From Mobula hypostoma (lineage: Eukaryota), in NCBI RefSeq assembly GCF_963921235.1, contig NC_086108.1, positions 72,170,001 through 72,234,000 of the forward strand: a DNA stretch of 64,000 bases. Reading direction: 5' to 3'. Shown piece after piece: positions 48,612 to 60,109 of the stretch. A program made the position numbers and the translations under genes. A model generated the notes under the pieces. It was given only the letters and a program-made list of their open reading frames with translations. It had not been told where the DNA came from and did no database searches. Each line of letters begins with the position of its first letter. Position 1 is the stretch's first letter.

Positions 48612-48691
48612 CAGGGGTTCCCTACTTTTTTTATGCCATGGACCCCTATCATTATCCAAGGGGTTCGTGGACCTCAGGTTGGGAACGTCTG
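48612..48691. mobile_element. 80-bp hAT (Charlie-type) MITE
   Basis: TIRs caggggttccc / gggaacgtctg; 8-bp TSD ctctaaaa (48604-48611) / ctctaaag (48692-48699), resembling the nTCTAGAn target of Charlie elements. Confidence 0.8.
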
Positions 48692-48699
48692 CTCTAAAG

Positions 48700-48935
48700 G
48701 GCACAATAATGTAACATCAGTGTAGCACTATTGCAGTGTCAACAACCCAATTCTATTCTGCCCTGGCCATAAGGAGATTGTGTATCCTCCCCATGACCAT
48801 GTGGGTTTCCTCTGGGTGCTCTGGTTTCCTCCCACGTTCCAAAGACGTACAGGTTAGCAGGTTCATTGGTCACATGGGTGTAATTGGGCAGCATGGGTTC
48901 GTTGGACCGGAAGGGCTTGTACTGTACAAATAAAA
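48700..48935 (+). mobile_element. V-domain SINE
   Basis: Core ctccccatgaccatgtgggtttcctctgggtgctctggtttcctcccacgttccaaagacgtacagg is characteristic of vertebrate V-SINEs. Confidence 0.8.
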
Positions 48936-49044
48936 TATATAAATCTGGCTACAGAACTATTAGCAACCAACCAGATCTTCTCAAGTCCTTAAAAACAGCA
49001 AGCCATAATGCTATTGTACTTTGTGGATGGGGAATGGAGGAAGA

Positions 49045-50560
49045 ATCGAGTCGGTGGTGAGGAAGGCAAATGCCATGTGTTACGTACCCCGTAACTGGGT
49101 TGCCAAACCAGCAGAAATGGACCACTAGTTGGAGTCTGGATTACTGGAAGCCAATAAAGTTTTATTAAAGAAATAAGTAACACAGTACTCTAATCGTACG
49201 GATATAAATACAACAGGTTAGCAATGATAAAACACACATGTACACAGAACTAGGGTAATAGGAATCAATCAAGCTCTATCGCAGTCTAGGGGTAAAATGA
49301 TCAGTCTCAAGTGATGCAGCGTTCAGTTCAGTTTAGTATAGTTCGCAGTAATCACTGTTGTGCCGTTGGAGAGAGAGAGAGAGAGAGAAAGAGAGATATG
49401 AAAATCTGATTCAGCAGACCTTTGATATTCACAGGTGGTTTTGGGCGGACCCATTTTATGTCTTCTGTGGTCACCGACTGTGACCCCTCCGTTCCGGATA
49501 CGACCGTTCTTCCGCGGTGAACCCGGCACCCAGGCAAGGGCGGACACACACACCAGGTTCCCGCCGATCGTACCTTTTCACCCTGTCAGTCTATGGTCGG
49601 TTCCCTCGAACCAGACCTCCAACTCCTACCAACTTGTGGGGGCACACAACTCTTCCAGGGTCTCGTTATCTCGTGATCTCGTGGTGTGTGTCGTGCCTTA
49701 GCAAACCTGTTCTTTTTATCCCCCTGCTGGGGTATTGCCTGTCCATCAAACTTCAAACAGTTCAGGTTCAAAGCAATTGGTCTGTCAATATCCGAAATGT
49801 GTTGCTTTCTCGTTAATCTCTCTCTCCTCTCTTATTAGCATTTTGAATGTTTCTCCATTGTCTCCCTTATCTCTCTCATCAGCATCAATCTTCTGATAAC
49901 TTGGTTTGTCATCACACATGTTAGCATTCCTTTCAGGAGATCTAGAATACAAGAGCAAAGATGTGATGCTGAGGCTTTATAAGGCTTTATGAGGCATCAC
50001 CTTGAGCATCATGAACAGTTTTGGGCCCCTCATCTTAAAAAGATGTGCTAACTTTGGAAAGGGTCCAGAGGTGGTTCACAACGATGATTTCAGGAATGAA
50101 AGTGTCATCATACGAGGAATTTTAGATGGCTCTGGGTCTGTACTCACTGGAATTCAGAAGGATGAAGGGGAAATCACATTGAAACCTTTCAAATGTCAAA
50201 AGACTTAGACAGAGTAGATGTGGAAAGGATGTTTCCAATGATGGGGGAGTCTAGTACAAGAGGGCACAGCCTCAGGATAGAAGGGTGCCCTTTCAAAACA
50301 GATACGGAGAAATTTATTTAGCCAAAGGGTGGTGAATTTGTAGAATTTGTTGCCACATGCAGCTGTGGAGGCCAGGTCATTGGGTGTATTTAAGGCAGAG
50401 ATTGTTAGGTTCTTGATTGGATATGGCATCAAAGGTAACGGGGAGAAGGCCGGAAACAGGGGTTGAGGAGGAGAGAGAAAAAAGGATCAGCTATGAGTGA
50501 ATGGCGGAGCAGACTCGAATGGCTAGATGGCCTAATTCTGCTCTTATATCTTATGGTCTA
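49045..50560 (+). mobile_element. CR1 3' fragment interrupted by a solo LTR
   Basis: gtggtgaggaaggcaaatgccatg|...|ttagcattc (VVRKANAMLAF) split by the LTR; tcttatggtct tail. Confidence 0.88.
49078..49916 (-). mobile_element. Solo LTR (839 bp)
   Basis: tgttacg...catcaca termini; perfect TSD CATG (49074-49077 and 49917-49920); minus-strand AATAAA near 49165 and gataaaaa TATA-like box near 49715. Confidence 0.9.
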
Positions 50561-51407
50561 AGAAATTGAGTTTTACCCAAGTTGTGATCCACTGGAACAC
50601 ACTGTTGCTTTGGAGCTCTTCAGTACCATTCTGTGTTGGTTTAAGTAGCTGTGGGAATCTGTTATTTATGCACTCCTGCTTTTAACATTAAAGTTGTCCT
50701 CTGGACAGATTTTAATAAGTATGGGGATATGGAATGTCAATGTTATTGGTGCTGGACACTAGCAAGCACTGAAAATTCACTGCTCAATTTTTTTTCAATG
50801 AGGGCTTCTGTGGGATGGTATTGACCACAGGTACCTTTTCTCTCAAGGACTTCCCGGAACATCGCCACCAAATTTTTAAAGTACGTTTTGGATAGAATAA
50901 TATCAGCAAATCCAAGTTCATTTGGCCTGTTAATATATCAGAAAAAGATTATTTAATTTTACTAATTAAATAAGATGATGCTGATTTCAAACCATTTTAT
51001 GAACATAATATTTTGTAACAGGATACACAAAACAGACTAACTCTCTATTGACATCACAAATCGCAAACAAAATAAATTTGAATATATGAATGGCTAAGTA
51101 TATAAAATTTATTTAAATGTTGTAAGTTTAGCTTAGTGAACACAATAAAAAAAATGTAGGATGATAGAAAATGAACCAGAAATTAATAAGAATTGCTTTC
51201 AGGATAAATTAAAAAAATGAAACCTTAAGCGTTTTGAGAGTGAAGAAATCCAGAAGTTGGCTAAAAGTTTGACAAATTATGAAGTTTGCTTTCAATATGG
51301 ATAACGATGCAATTTGGCTCAATCTCTGCGCATAAGAAAAAGTGCTCACAAAGTTATTTAAAGCAAGTTGTCTAGACTATCACATTGTTCACAGTGGGGG
51401 GTGGGGG

Positions 51408-51470
51408 TGAGAGGGAGAGAGAGAGAGAGAGAGAAAAGAAAGAAAGAAAAAGAAAGTAAAAAAAAAGAGA
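51408..51470. repeat. (GA)n / (GAAA)n microsatellite
   Basis: Direct reading of the sequence. Confidence 0.9.
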
Positions 51471-51474
51471 AAAC

Positions 51475-52015
51475 ACTACAGCACTGAAACTGGTCTTTCA
51501 GTTCATGCCAAACTATTCTTCTGGCCAGTTCCATTGACCTGTGCCCCGACAATACCCCTCCCATCTATGTACTTATCTAAATTTCTCTTAAATGTTTTAA
51601 ATCAAAACCACACCAACCACTTCTGCCAGCAGCTCATTCTACACTCGAACCACCTGCTAGTGAAGGAGTTCCCTCTCATGCTCCCCTTAAAGATTTCACC
51701 TTTCATGCTTAAACCATGACCTCTATTATTAGTCTCACCAAACCTCAGTGGAAAAAGCCTGGTAGCATTTACCCTATTTATGCCATTCATAATTTTATAC
51801 CACTATCAAATCTTGCCTCATGCTCCTATACTTCAGGGAATAAAGTTCTAACCTATTCAATCTTCCCTACAACTCAGGTCCTCAAGTCCCGGCAACATCT
51901 TTGTAAATTTACTCTTTACTCTTTCCATCTTATTGATATGTAGGTAGGTGACCAGAACTGCACACAATACTCCAAATTAGACCTCATCAATGTTTTATAG
52001 TATTTCAACATAGCA
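51475..52015 (-). mobile_element. CR1 3' fragment
   Basis: GINRVNATRLFPLRFGETNNRGHGL on the minus strand. Confidence 0.85.
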
Positions 52016-52031
52016 ACCTAATAAACAAACT

Positions 52032-52420
52032 TCAAAGTTCAAAGTAAATTTATTATCAAAGTACATATATGTCACCAGATACAAACCTGAGATTCTTTTT
52101 CTTGCAAGCATAAACAATAACTACAAAGAAACAATAATAATAAATAAGTTTAAAAATATTGAGAACATGAGATGAAGAGCCCTTGAAAATGAGTCTATAA
52201 GTTGTGGGAACAGTTCAGTGTTGTGGTGAGTAAAACTGAACGAAGTTATCCCCTCTGGTTCAAGGGCCTGATGGTTGACAGGTAATAACTGTTTCCGAAC
52301 TTGGTGTTGTGGATCCTGAGGTTCCTGTATGTCCATCCTGATGGCAGCAGTGATGAGGATCATGGCCTGGATGGTGAGGATCTTTGAAGATGGGTGCTGC
52401 TTTCCTGTGATAGTGCTTCA
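52032..52420 (-). mobile_element. Rex/L2-type LINE 3' end
   Basis: Minus-strand aataaatttactttgaactttgaa tail; NTKFGNSYY-like C-terminus. Confidence 0.75.
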
Positions 52421-53009
52421 TTAATTCTGTGAGGATGGGACCTCAGAAAAGTATCCTTTTTGGGCATCCCATGTATTTAATTCACCTTCCTCCCAAAGCT
52501 GAAATGGAATGAATTAGTAATTAGCCTTATATTTAATAATTAACTCTCCAGTTCAAAATAACAGCCAACTTATTCAAGCTTGCTGGCTTATTCTTGAGTG
52601 TATTTTAATTTTTTCAATTTAAATAATTCAGCTCAGCAAACACAAGCAATACAAGCACCAAGAGTAGGCGAAAAAAAAATTGGCTCATGAATTATTTTAA
52701 GGATAAATAAAGGATGAAATCACAGATTAGCAACCAAATAAGTCAAAGTTTGATGAAAATACTTAGAAATTTTGTACTTGTTAGTTTAAACTATCAGGAA
52801 TTTGCTTTTTGATAAACAACACTTACTTTCTGTAGCATAGTTTAGAGTAATATTTTCACCACAGATCCTGTGCAGTTATGTTTCTAATTACTTTACAGTA
52901 ATTTAATATATTTTAAATGCTATATAATCACTATTTTAATATTTATTTTATTTATTTTATCTGTTTCAACTATTTCTGACATGCCTGTAACCGAGATGCC
53001 ACATGTGGG

Positions 53010-54510
53010 GGCCCTAGCAGAAATATTTAAAATGTCGCTGTCTATGGGTGAAGTGCCGGAGGATTGGAGAGTGGCTCATGTTGTTCCGTTGTTTAAACAA
53101 AGGATCAAAAAGTAATCCGGGAAATTATAGGCCAGTGAGTTTAACGTCAGTAGTAGGTAAGTTATTGGAGGGAGTACTAAGAGACAGAATCTACAAGCAT
53201 TTGGATAGACAGGGGCTTATTAGGGAGAGTCAACATGGCTTTGTGCGTGGTAGGTCATGTTTGACCAATTTGTTGGAGTTTTTCGAGGAGGTTACCAGGA
53301 AAGTGGATGAAGGGAATGCAGTGGATATTGTCTACATGGACTTCAGTAAGGCCTTTGACAAGGTCCCGCATGGGAGGTTAGTTAGGAAAATTCAGTCGCT
53401 AGGTATACATGGAGAGGTGGCAAATTGGATTAGTCATTGGCTCGATGGAAGAAGCCAGAGAGTGGTGGTAGAGAATTGCTTCTCTGAGTGGAGACCTGTG
53501 ACTAGTGGTGTGCCACAGGGATCAGTGCCGGGTCAATTGTTATTTGTCATCTATATCAATGATCTGGATGATAATGTGGTAAATTGGATCAGCAAGTTTG
53601 CTGATGATACAAAGATTGGAGGTGTAGTAGACAGTGAGGAAGGTTTTCAGAGCCTGCAGAGGGACTTAGACCATCTGGAAAAATGGGCGGAAAAATGGCA
53701 GATGGAGTTTAATACTGACAAGTGTGAGGTATTGCACGTTGGAAGGACAAACCAACGTAGAACATACAGGGTTAATGGTAAGGCACTGAGGGGTGCAGTA
53801 GAACAGAGGGATCTGGGAATACAGATACAAAATTCCCTAAAAGTGTCGTCACAGGTAGATAGGGTCGTAAAGAGAGCTTCTGGTACATTGGCCTTTATTA
53901 ATCGAAGTATTGAGTATAAGAGCTGGAATGTTATGATGAGGTTGTATAAGGCATTGGTGAGGCCGAATCTGGAGTATTGTGTTCAGTTTTGGTCACCAAA
54001 TTACAGGAAGGATATAAATAAGGTTGAAAAGTGCAGAGAAGGTTTACAAGGATGTTGCCGGGACTTGAGAAACTCAGTTACAGAGAAAGGTTGAATAGGT
54101 TAGGACTTTATTCCCTGGAGCGTAGAAGAATGAGGGGAGATTTGATAGAGGTATATAAAATTATGATGAGTATAGATAGAGTGAATGTAAGCAGGCTTTT
54201 TCCACTGAGGCAAGGGGAGAAAAAAACCAGAGGACATGGGTTAAGGGTGAGGGGGGAAATGTTTAAAGGGAACATTAGGGGGGGCTTCTTCACACAGAGA
54301 GTGGTGGGAGTATGGAATGAGCTGCCAGACAAGGTGGTAAATGCAGGTTCTTTTTAACATTTAAGAATAAATTGGACAGATACATGGATGGGAGGTGTAT
54401 GGAGGGATATGGTCCGTGTGCAGGTCAGTGGGACTAGGCAGAAAATGGTTCCGCACAGCCAAGAAGGGCCAAAGGGCCTGTTTCTGTGCTGTAGTTTCTA
54501 TGGTTCTATG
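53010..54510 (+). mobile_element. CR1 LINE RT half plus 3' UTR, well preserved
   Basis: ORF 53048-54094: GNYRPVSLTSVVGK, YMDFSKAFDKVPH, GVPQGSV, KFADDTK and RPNLEYCVQFW; ttctatggttctatg tail. Confidence 0.95.
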
Positions 54511-55639
54511 TGGTCCACAGTCCTAGGGAGACACTGGCCTGAGCCAAGGTGGACAGTGGCTGTAGTCACAGAATGAGTGTGGGAAGGTGTCTTCGAAGTG
54601 TGAGCTGTGTCAAATGTAGTCCGGACCAATGACTCCAGATGTCCCAGGTTGTGGAAAAGGATGGGTTGGGATACAAGTCCTTTTCAATGAATTTCCCATT
54701 GGGTTGATGTAATCCAGATGGTCCAAATGAATTTCTGATTAGTAAGATAAAGTTAGAGCATCATTCATAGCTCTAACACTCCAAAGCAATTTACACCTCA
54801 TGTAGCATCAAATCACACTGATTTCAGCAGAGTAAATTAAATACATTAACTAACTAGAGATCATGAGTTTTCAAAGTTATAATACCCCAAAAATAACAAG
54901 GCCAGAATTTATCACTGAGTCATACAGTGCTATTTTCCTCACTCTCAGTTATTTTAGAATAATTGACAAATGAAGCCATACAAAGGTAAATTAGGAAAAA
55001 AATTTATCACTTAAACAATTTTTAGTGAGTTATTTCATCTTCATCTATAAGAATGTCTTCAGACACCCAACTGCAGTGTTTAACTTGTATTCAGCTTCAA
55101 GTCATTAAAGTGAATATCTTCAGAGAACCATATGTATTCATTGGTCTCAAAATCAACATAAAAGCATCAGAATAACAATGAAAGTGATGTGAATATAATA
55201 CCATCGTCAGATTAATATCAGGAGTAGAGGTAATTTAAATTTGTTTCTGCTATGGTGATATAACCCTTACCTGCTCATTGTGTTGGCCACTCTCTTACTG
55301 CTACTCCATATCTGCCCATATTGACCTACTGTAACTTCTTAACAAAATTAACAAAAACAAAGGAAATTTGAATATTTTACTGGGATAATCCATATGGTAT
55401 TGTGTATTTAGTAATGTTTACCTTTAAAGAGTGTACAAAAAACTTACTGAATATCTTTAAATCATCAAAAGTTAAGAAAACAAGAATGGAGGTGAATCTT
55501 TTTGATGAACATAACTTTGAGTTCCTGACTAAGTAATGTCTTTACATTTTCAGAACAAAGACCAGGTACTGTCATTCACCATTGAGCAGCTTATATATAA
55601 ATCAATCCCTCTCTCTCTCACTCACTCATTCAGTCTGAA

Positions 55640-55754
55640 CTACAACTGAGCCTCCTGACCATGCAGGTATGCTTTTATGCAATGAGTTGCTGTCACGTGA
55701 ATGGTTGATTATATATCTGCATTAACGAACAGGTGTACCTAATAAAGTGGCCAC
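55640..55754. mobile_element. Tc1/mariner-derived terminal fragment
   Basis: aacaggtgtacctaataaagtggccac resembles a Tc1-type TIR end; the partner TIR was not seen. Confidence 0.5.
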
Positions 55755-56417
55755 ATATACTTGCTCTATATTGACTGGAAATTTACCCACATATGATAAC
55801 ACACAATGTGGTGTTTTGTATCTTTGAAGTCTGGCTCCACAATTTATTCCATTGATTTCTATGGTGAATTTCAGAGTCTTAAAATCAGATGTTTAGTGCG
55901 TTGTTAGACTAACTTTCCAAACAATGTTGCATATTTTGACTAGAAGGGTAGCACTCAGATAATGTATGTTGAATGTACATCGGTGTTTTCTAGCTGAGGG
56001 ATTGACGTAATTAAGCAACCAGCTTCTTATTTGCAAATTGTGAAGTTGCTTCCCTTTCGTGCATTAAATTCCAAGAAAATCTTTATAAAGTGCTTTAGAT
56101 TTAAACAATTTCATCTTGCACTAATATTGGAATTGGGATACCAGATTAGACTTTAATATTCATGCTTAACTTCTGCAGTTGAAAAGAAAGACTGCATGGT
56201 GTAAAATCTAGTAGCCTTGCAAATGATATTTCTTATTTTAAGCCTCAGTACATTACTATTAAATGTTTTTCTTCTGTGGGCCAGCATCAGGAGGACTTGT
56301 CTGTCACTGGATCTTTGTCTGTTGGTACAATTGTTAACCATGTTAACATGATGTTATAACTTCATAATAAAATATTGCAGTCTGTGCTTCAAGATGATGT
56401 AAAACATCAATCCTGAG

Positions 56418-56655
56418 CTTCTGTCTCTTTCACCAATCAACTCCGCAGCTCTTTGCCCCATCCCTCCCCCTCCAGATTTCACCTATCACCTGGTGCTTCT
56501 CTCTCCCCTCCCCTCCCCCCACCTTTTTAAATCTACTCCTCAGCTTTTTTTTCTCCAGTCCTGCCGAAGGGTTTCGGCCCAAAACGTCAACTGTACTTTT
56601 TTTCCCTAGATGCTGCCCGGCCTGCTGAGCTCCTCCGGCATTTTGTGTGTGTCGC
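56418..56655 (+). mobile_element. Penelope 3' pseudo-LTR fragment with degenerate hammerhead
   Basis: Homologous to 5370-5600; cagtcCTGCCGAagggtttcggcccAAAAcgtcaactg. Confidence 0.85.
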
Positions 56656-57874
56656 TTGTTTACCAATATCATTTTCTGCTCAAACGACACCTTGATTGAA
56701 TAACAAACCCTGACGGACAGTAAGCCAGAGAGCCTTATGTTCTGAATGTTTATATTTCACTGTGCAAGGCAGGTTTATGCAACACATTATCTGAATTAAA
56801 TCTGTTCAAATTCTGATATTAGGGAGGGAAATATTATTCTTTTTACCATAGAGATAGGCTTGTTTCATTCGCCAACATTCTCATATGGACCTATTGAAAG
56901 AACTCATCAAGATCTCTGTTCAAAAATATCAGAAAAGTATTTGTAATTAAAGCCTTGAGGTAAAAGTTTCTGGAAGTGTGTTTCTGTCAAAAATGGAGCC
57001 AATTGGCATAATTTGTAGAAGCTATTCTATTTTTTCTCTTCCTGTGCACTTCACATAAATGTAAGTATTCAGATTCCTTTAATGTGCAAATGAAGAGACA
57101 CGTCAGTGATTTTGCTGTGAAAGTTGCAAAAGCAACGTAAGAAAATTCCTTCCAGATCATTAAAGTTCACCATCTCCAAGAGAGTTTGCATTTCTCTTTT
57201 TCAGCTGCTCACAGTTCCACTGCTTTCCCTCTTGAGAGACATAATGAGAAAAGCTGAAAGAAAGTGTGGATAATCTCTGGAACAATTCTAACTAATTCCT
57301 CTCCTACTCTGGGAGATTGTGGTTAACCATGACCATTATCAAGGCAATTCAAACCAACCATTACACACCACAGATATTTTAATTTCTTTCAAGATTACAG
57401 TATGACTATTGATAGCAGCTACGCATTATTAACTGTGTAATAAAATATCTCTATTTCTTTGCTCTACTGTGACATAATGTCAAAACAAAGTCAATTGAAT
57501 CTATCTTTTACCTTCCGTTACATTTTGCTGTTCAGAAACAAGATTGATTTTTTGGTGCATTAAAGCATTGTGTGCTTGGCATGACAAAAAACAAATCTGG
57601 AACAAGGCTAGAATAAGTTAAACACAGAAAGGTATACTTGAGCAGGCCTTCATGGTGCCTAATGGGACCAGGTGCAATTGAAAGCAGCTCCCGTTACTTA
57701 GCTGCACAGCAAATACAGTCTTTAGTGACTATGCTCATTACTGCATTCAGACAGCAGTAGCCTGTGCAACAGATACCACAGCAGAGAAAAATAATGCAGC
57801 AGTGAAACACCTTCCAAATCTACTGAAACAAGTGCAGAAATCATCATTAGAGATATTTTGTATTCTGAAGCTGA

Positions 57875-58610
57875 ATTATGTTTATTACCACTGACATATG
57901 TTGTGAGATTTATTGATCTTCAGCAGCAATACAGTGCAACACGCAAGCCTGACAGTACGTTCCAAAAATAAATACCTGGTGCAAGAGAGGAGTAATGAGA
58001 CAGGGCTCCAGGACCATTCCAAAATCTGATGGCAGAGGGGAAGAAGCTGTTCCTAAATCATCAAGTGTGGGTCTTCTGGCCCCTATACCTCATCCTGGAG
58101 AGTGGCAATGTGAACAGGACAAGTTCCAGATAGTGGGAGTTTAATGCTGGACGCTGCCTTCCTGAGGCACTGCCTCTGAATGACGTCCTTCATTGCAGGG
58201 AGGGTTGTGTCTGTGATGGAACTGGCTGCAACCCTCTGCAGCCTCTTTTGATCCTGTGCATTGGAAGCTCCATACTCAGATGTTTTGCAGCCGGACAGAA
58301 TAGTGGCAACTGCACATCGGTAGATATTTGCAGAAATCATTGGTGATATTTCAAATTTCCTCTAGCTCCTAATGAACAGAGGCACTGGTGTGCCTTCTTC
58401 AATATTGTAGCAATGTGTTGGGTCCAGGATGGGAGTTCTGTGATGTACGTAGGTACCCAGGAACACGAAGCTGTTCGTCCTTTCCACCACTGATCCCTCA
58501 ATGCAGATTGGTGTCTGCTATCCCAACTTCCCCTTTCTGAAGTCCTCAGTCAGTCTCTTGGTTTGTTGATACAAGATTGGTTTGCGACACCATTCAACCA
58601 TCTGATCAGT
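57875..58610 (-). mobile_element. Old Rex1/Babar-type LINE 3' part
   Basis: NIYRCAVATILSGC...AQDQKRLQRV...CLRKAASSIK. Confidence 0.78.
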
Positions 58611-58737
58611 CTTGCTCCTATATGCCTCCAAAATGTTCTGAAACATTTCTTAAATTCTTGACCATTTGCAATAAATATACTGCCATTAAAATTCCATCTC
58701 CCCTGCCTGTAAACTGTTGGATCCACTATTCAGCATT

Positions 58738-59128
58738 TCTGGCCCCTGTATTACTGAATACTCCGTCTCTTATCTGTTTCTCATTATTACCTGTGTTGCT
58801 GCCACCTGTGTCTCATTGTGCTCCACCTATCATCTGCCTCTCTGTTTACTGCTCAGTGTATGTCAGTCCTGTGTTTTCACCTGTTTGTTGCCAGATTGTC
58901 CCAGTGAATTTTCCTGAGCCTTTCCAGTATTCATATCTGTACTCTGTCTGTTTGAATATCAACTCTGCCTGTTTCCTGATTCTGGTTTTTGGATTTCTCT
59001 GGATGTTTTGATCTCTGCCTGAACTTTGACGCCGACTTTGTTTACACCTTGTGATTTGTTACTCAATTAATATCACTGTGTGCACAGTATTGGGTCTGCG
59101 ATTGGATCCCTGCTCCAGCATCCTGACA
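58738..59128 (+). repeat. 5' LTR (first ~100 bp missing)
   Basis: Aligns with about 63505-63895; ends cctgaca. Confidence 0.92.
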
Positions 59129-59143
59129 GTACAATCTGGCCAG

Positions 59144-60109
59144 AATGAATCCAGCAGACCCCGATTATCTGAGAGATGCCCTGGAACAACAGGGAGTGAT
59201 GCTTGGGGAGACACCAGATCCAGATGGACTCCGTATCAGGGCAGTGGAGTTGCTTTCTGCTAAGGTCACCAATCTTATGGCCCAGACTCAGTCTTTCCAT
59301 CTGTCCTAGAGCGCCCATCAACATTCTGTGACTGCATCTTCTGCCCTGCCCTCTGCGTCCTCGCACGGTCCTCCTGTTCAAAAGCCCTGTCTACCTCCTC
59401 CAGAAAAGTACTCAGGTGAGCCCAGTACCTGCTGCTCTTCTCTTTCCCAGTGCACCCTCATTTTTGAATTACAGCCAACAACATTTCCAGCTGATTGAAC
59501 CAAGGTATCCTACGTCATCACCCATCTGTCCACTGGGAGGCAGGCTCCCCTTTCTGCAGTAGTTTTCAGTTATTTTCTGAGGAGATAGGAGACGTTTTTG
59601 ATTGCTCCAAACGTGGGAGAGAGGCTGCCCATGAAATGCTGCACATGCACCAGGGGCGCAGATCTGTGTCAGATTATGCCATAGAGTTCTGGACCCTAGC
59701 CACCTCCAGCAGCTGGAACTCAGATGCACAGTACGACACCTTCCTGAACGGCTTCTCTGAAGACATCAAAGATGAGCTGGTCACCCAGGACCTTCCTGCC
59801 CCCTTTGAAGCCCTGATGGATTTGGCCATCTGTATTGATGTTCACTTTCAGCAGTGGTACAGAGGGAGGTGTTCCAGAGGGTCCCTGGGGGTACTGGGTA
59901 AGTTCCAAGCTCCTCATCAGTCTGCATTGCCCTGCCGTTTGCCTCCATGTACAATTCCCATCCCAGAGCCCAAGACCAAACATGTAGACTGTACCTGGCT
60001 GATGCTGACTGAAAGACAAAGAAAAATCAGCACCTGCTCATGTCTGTACTGTGGCCAACCAAGCCACTTCATCTCCACCTGCCCAGTAAAAGCCAGCCCT
60101 CACCAGTAG
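59144..60109 (+). pseudogene. gag (sushi/PEG10-like), frameshifted
   Basis: PEKYSGEP, HQGRRSVSDYAIEF, FLNGFSEDIKDEL and CCHC knuckle CLYCGQPSHFISTCP. Confidence 0.9.
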
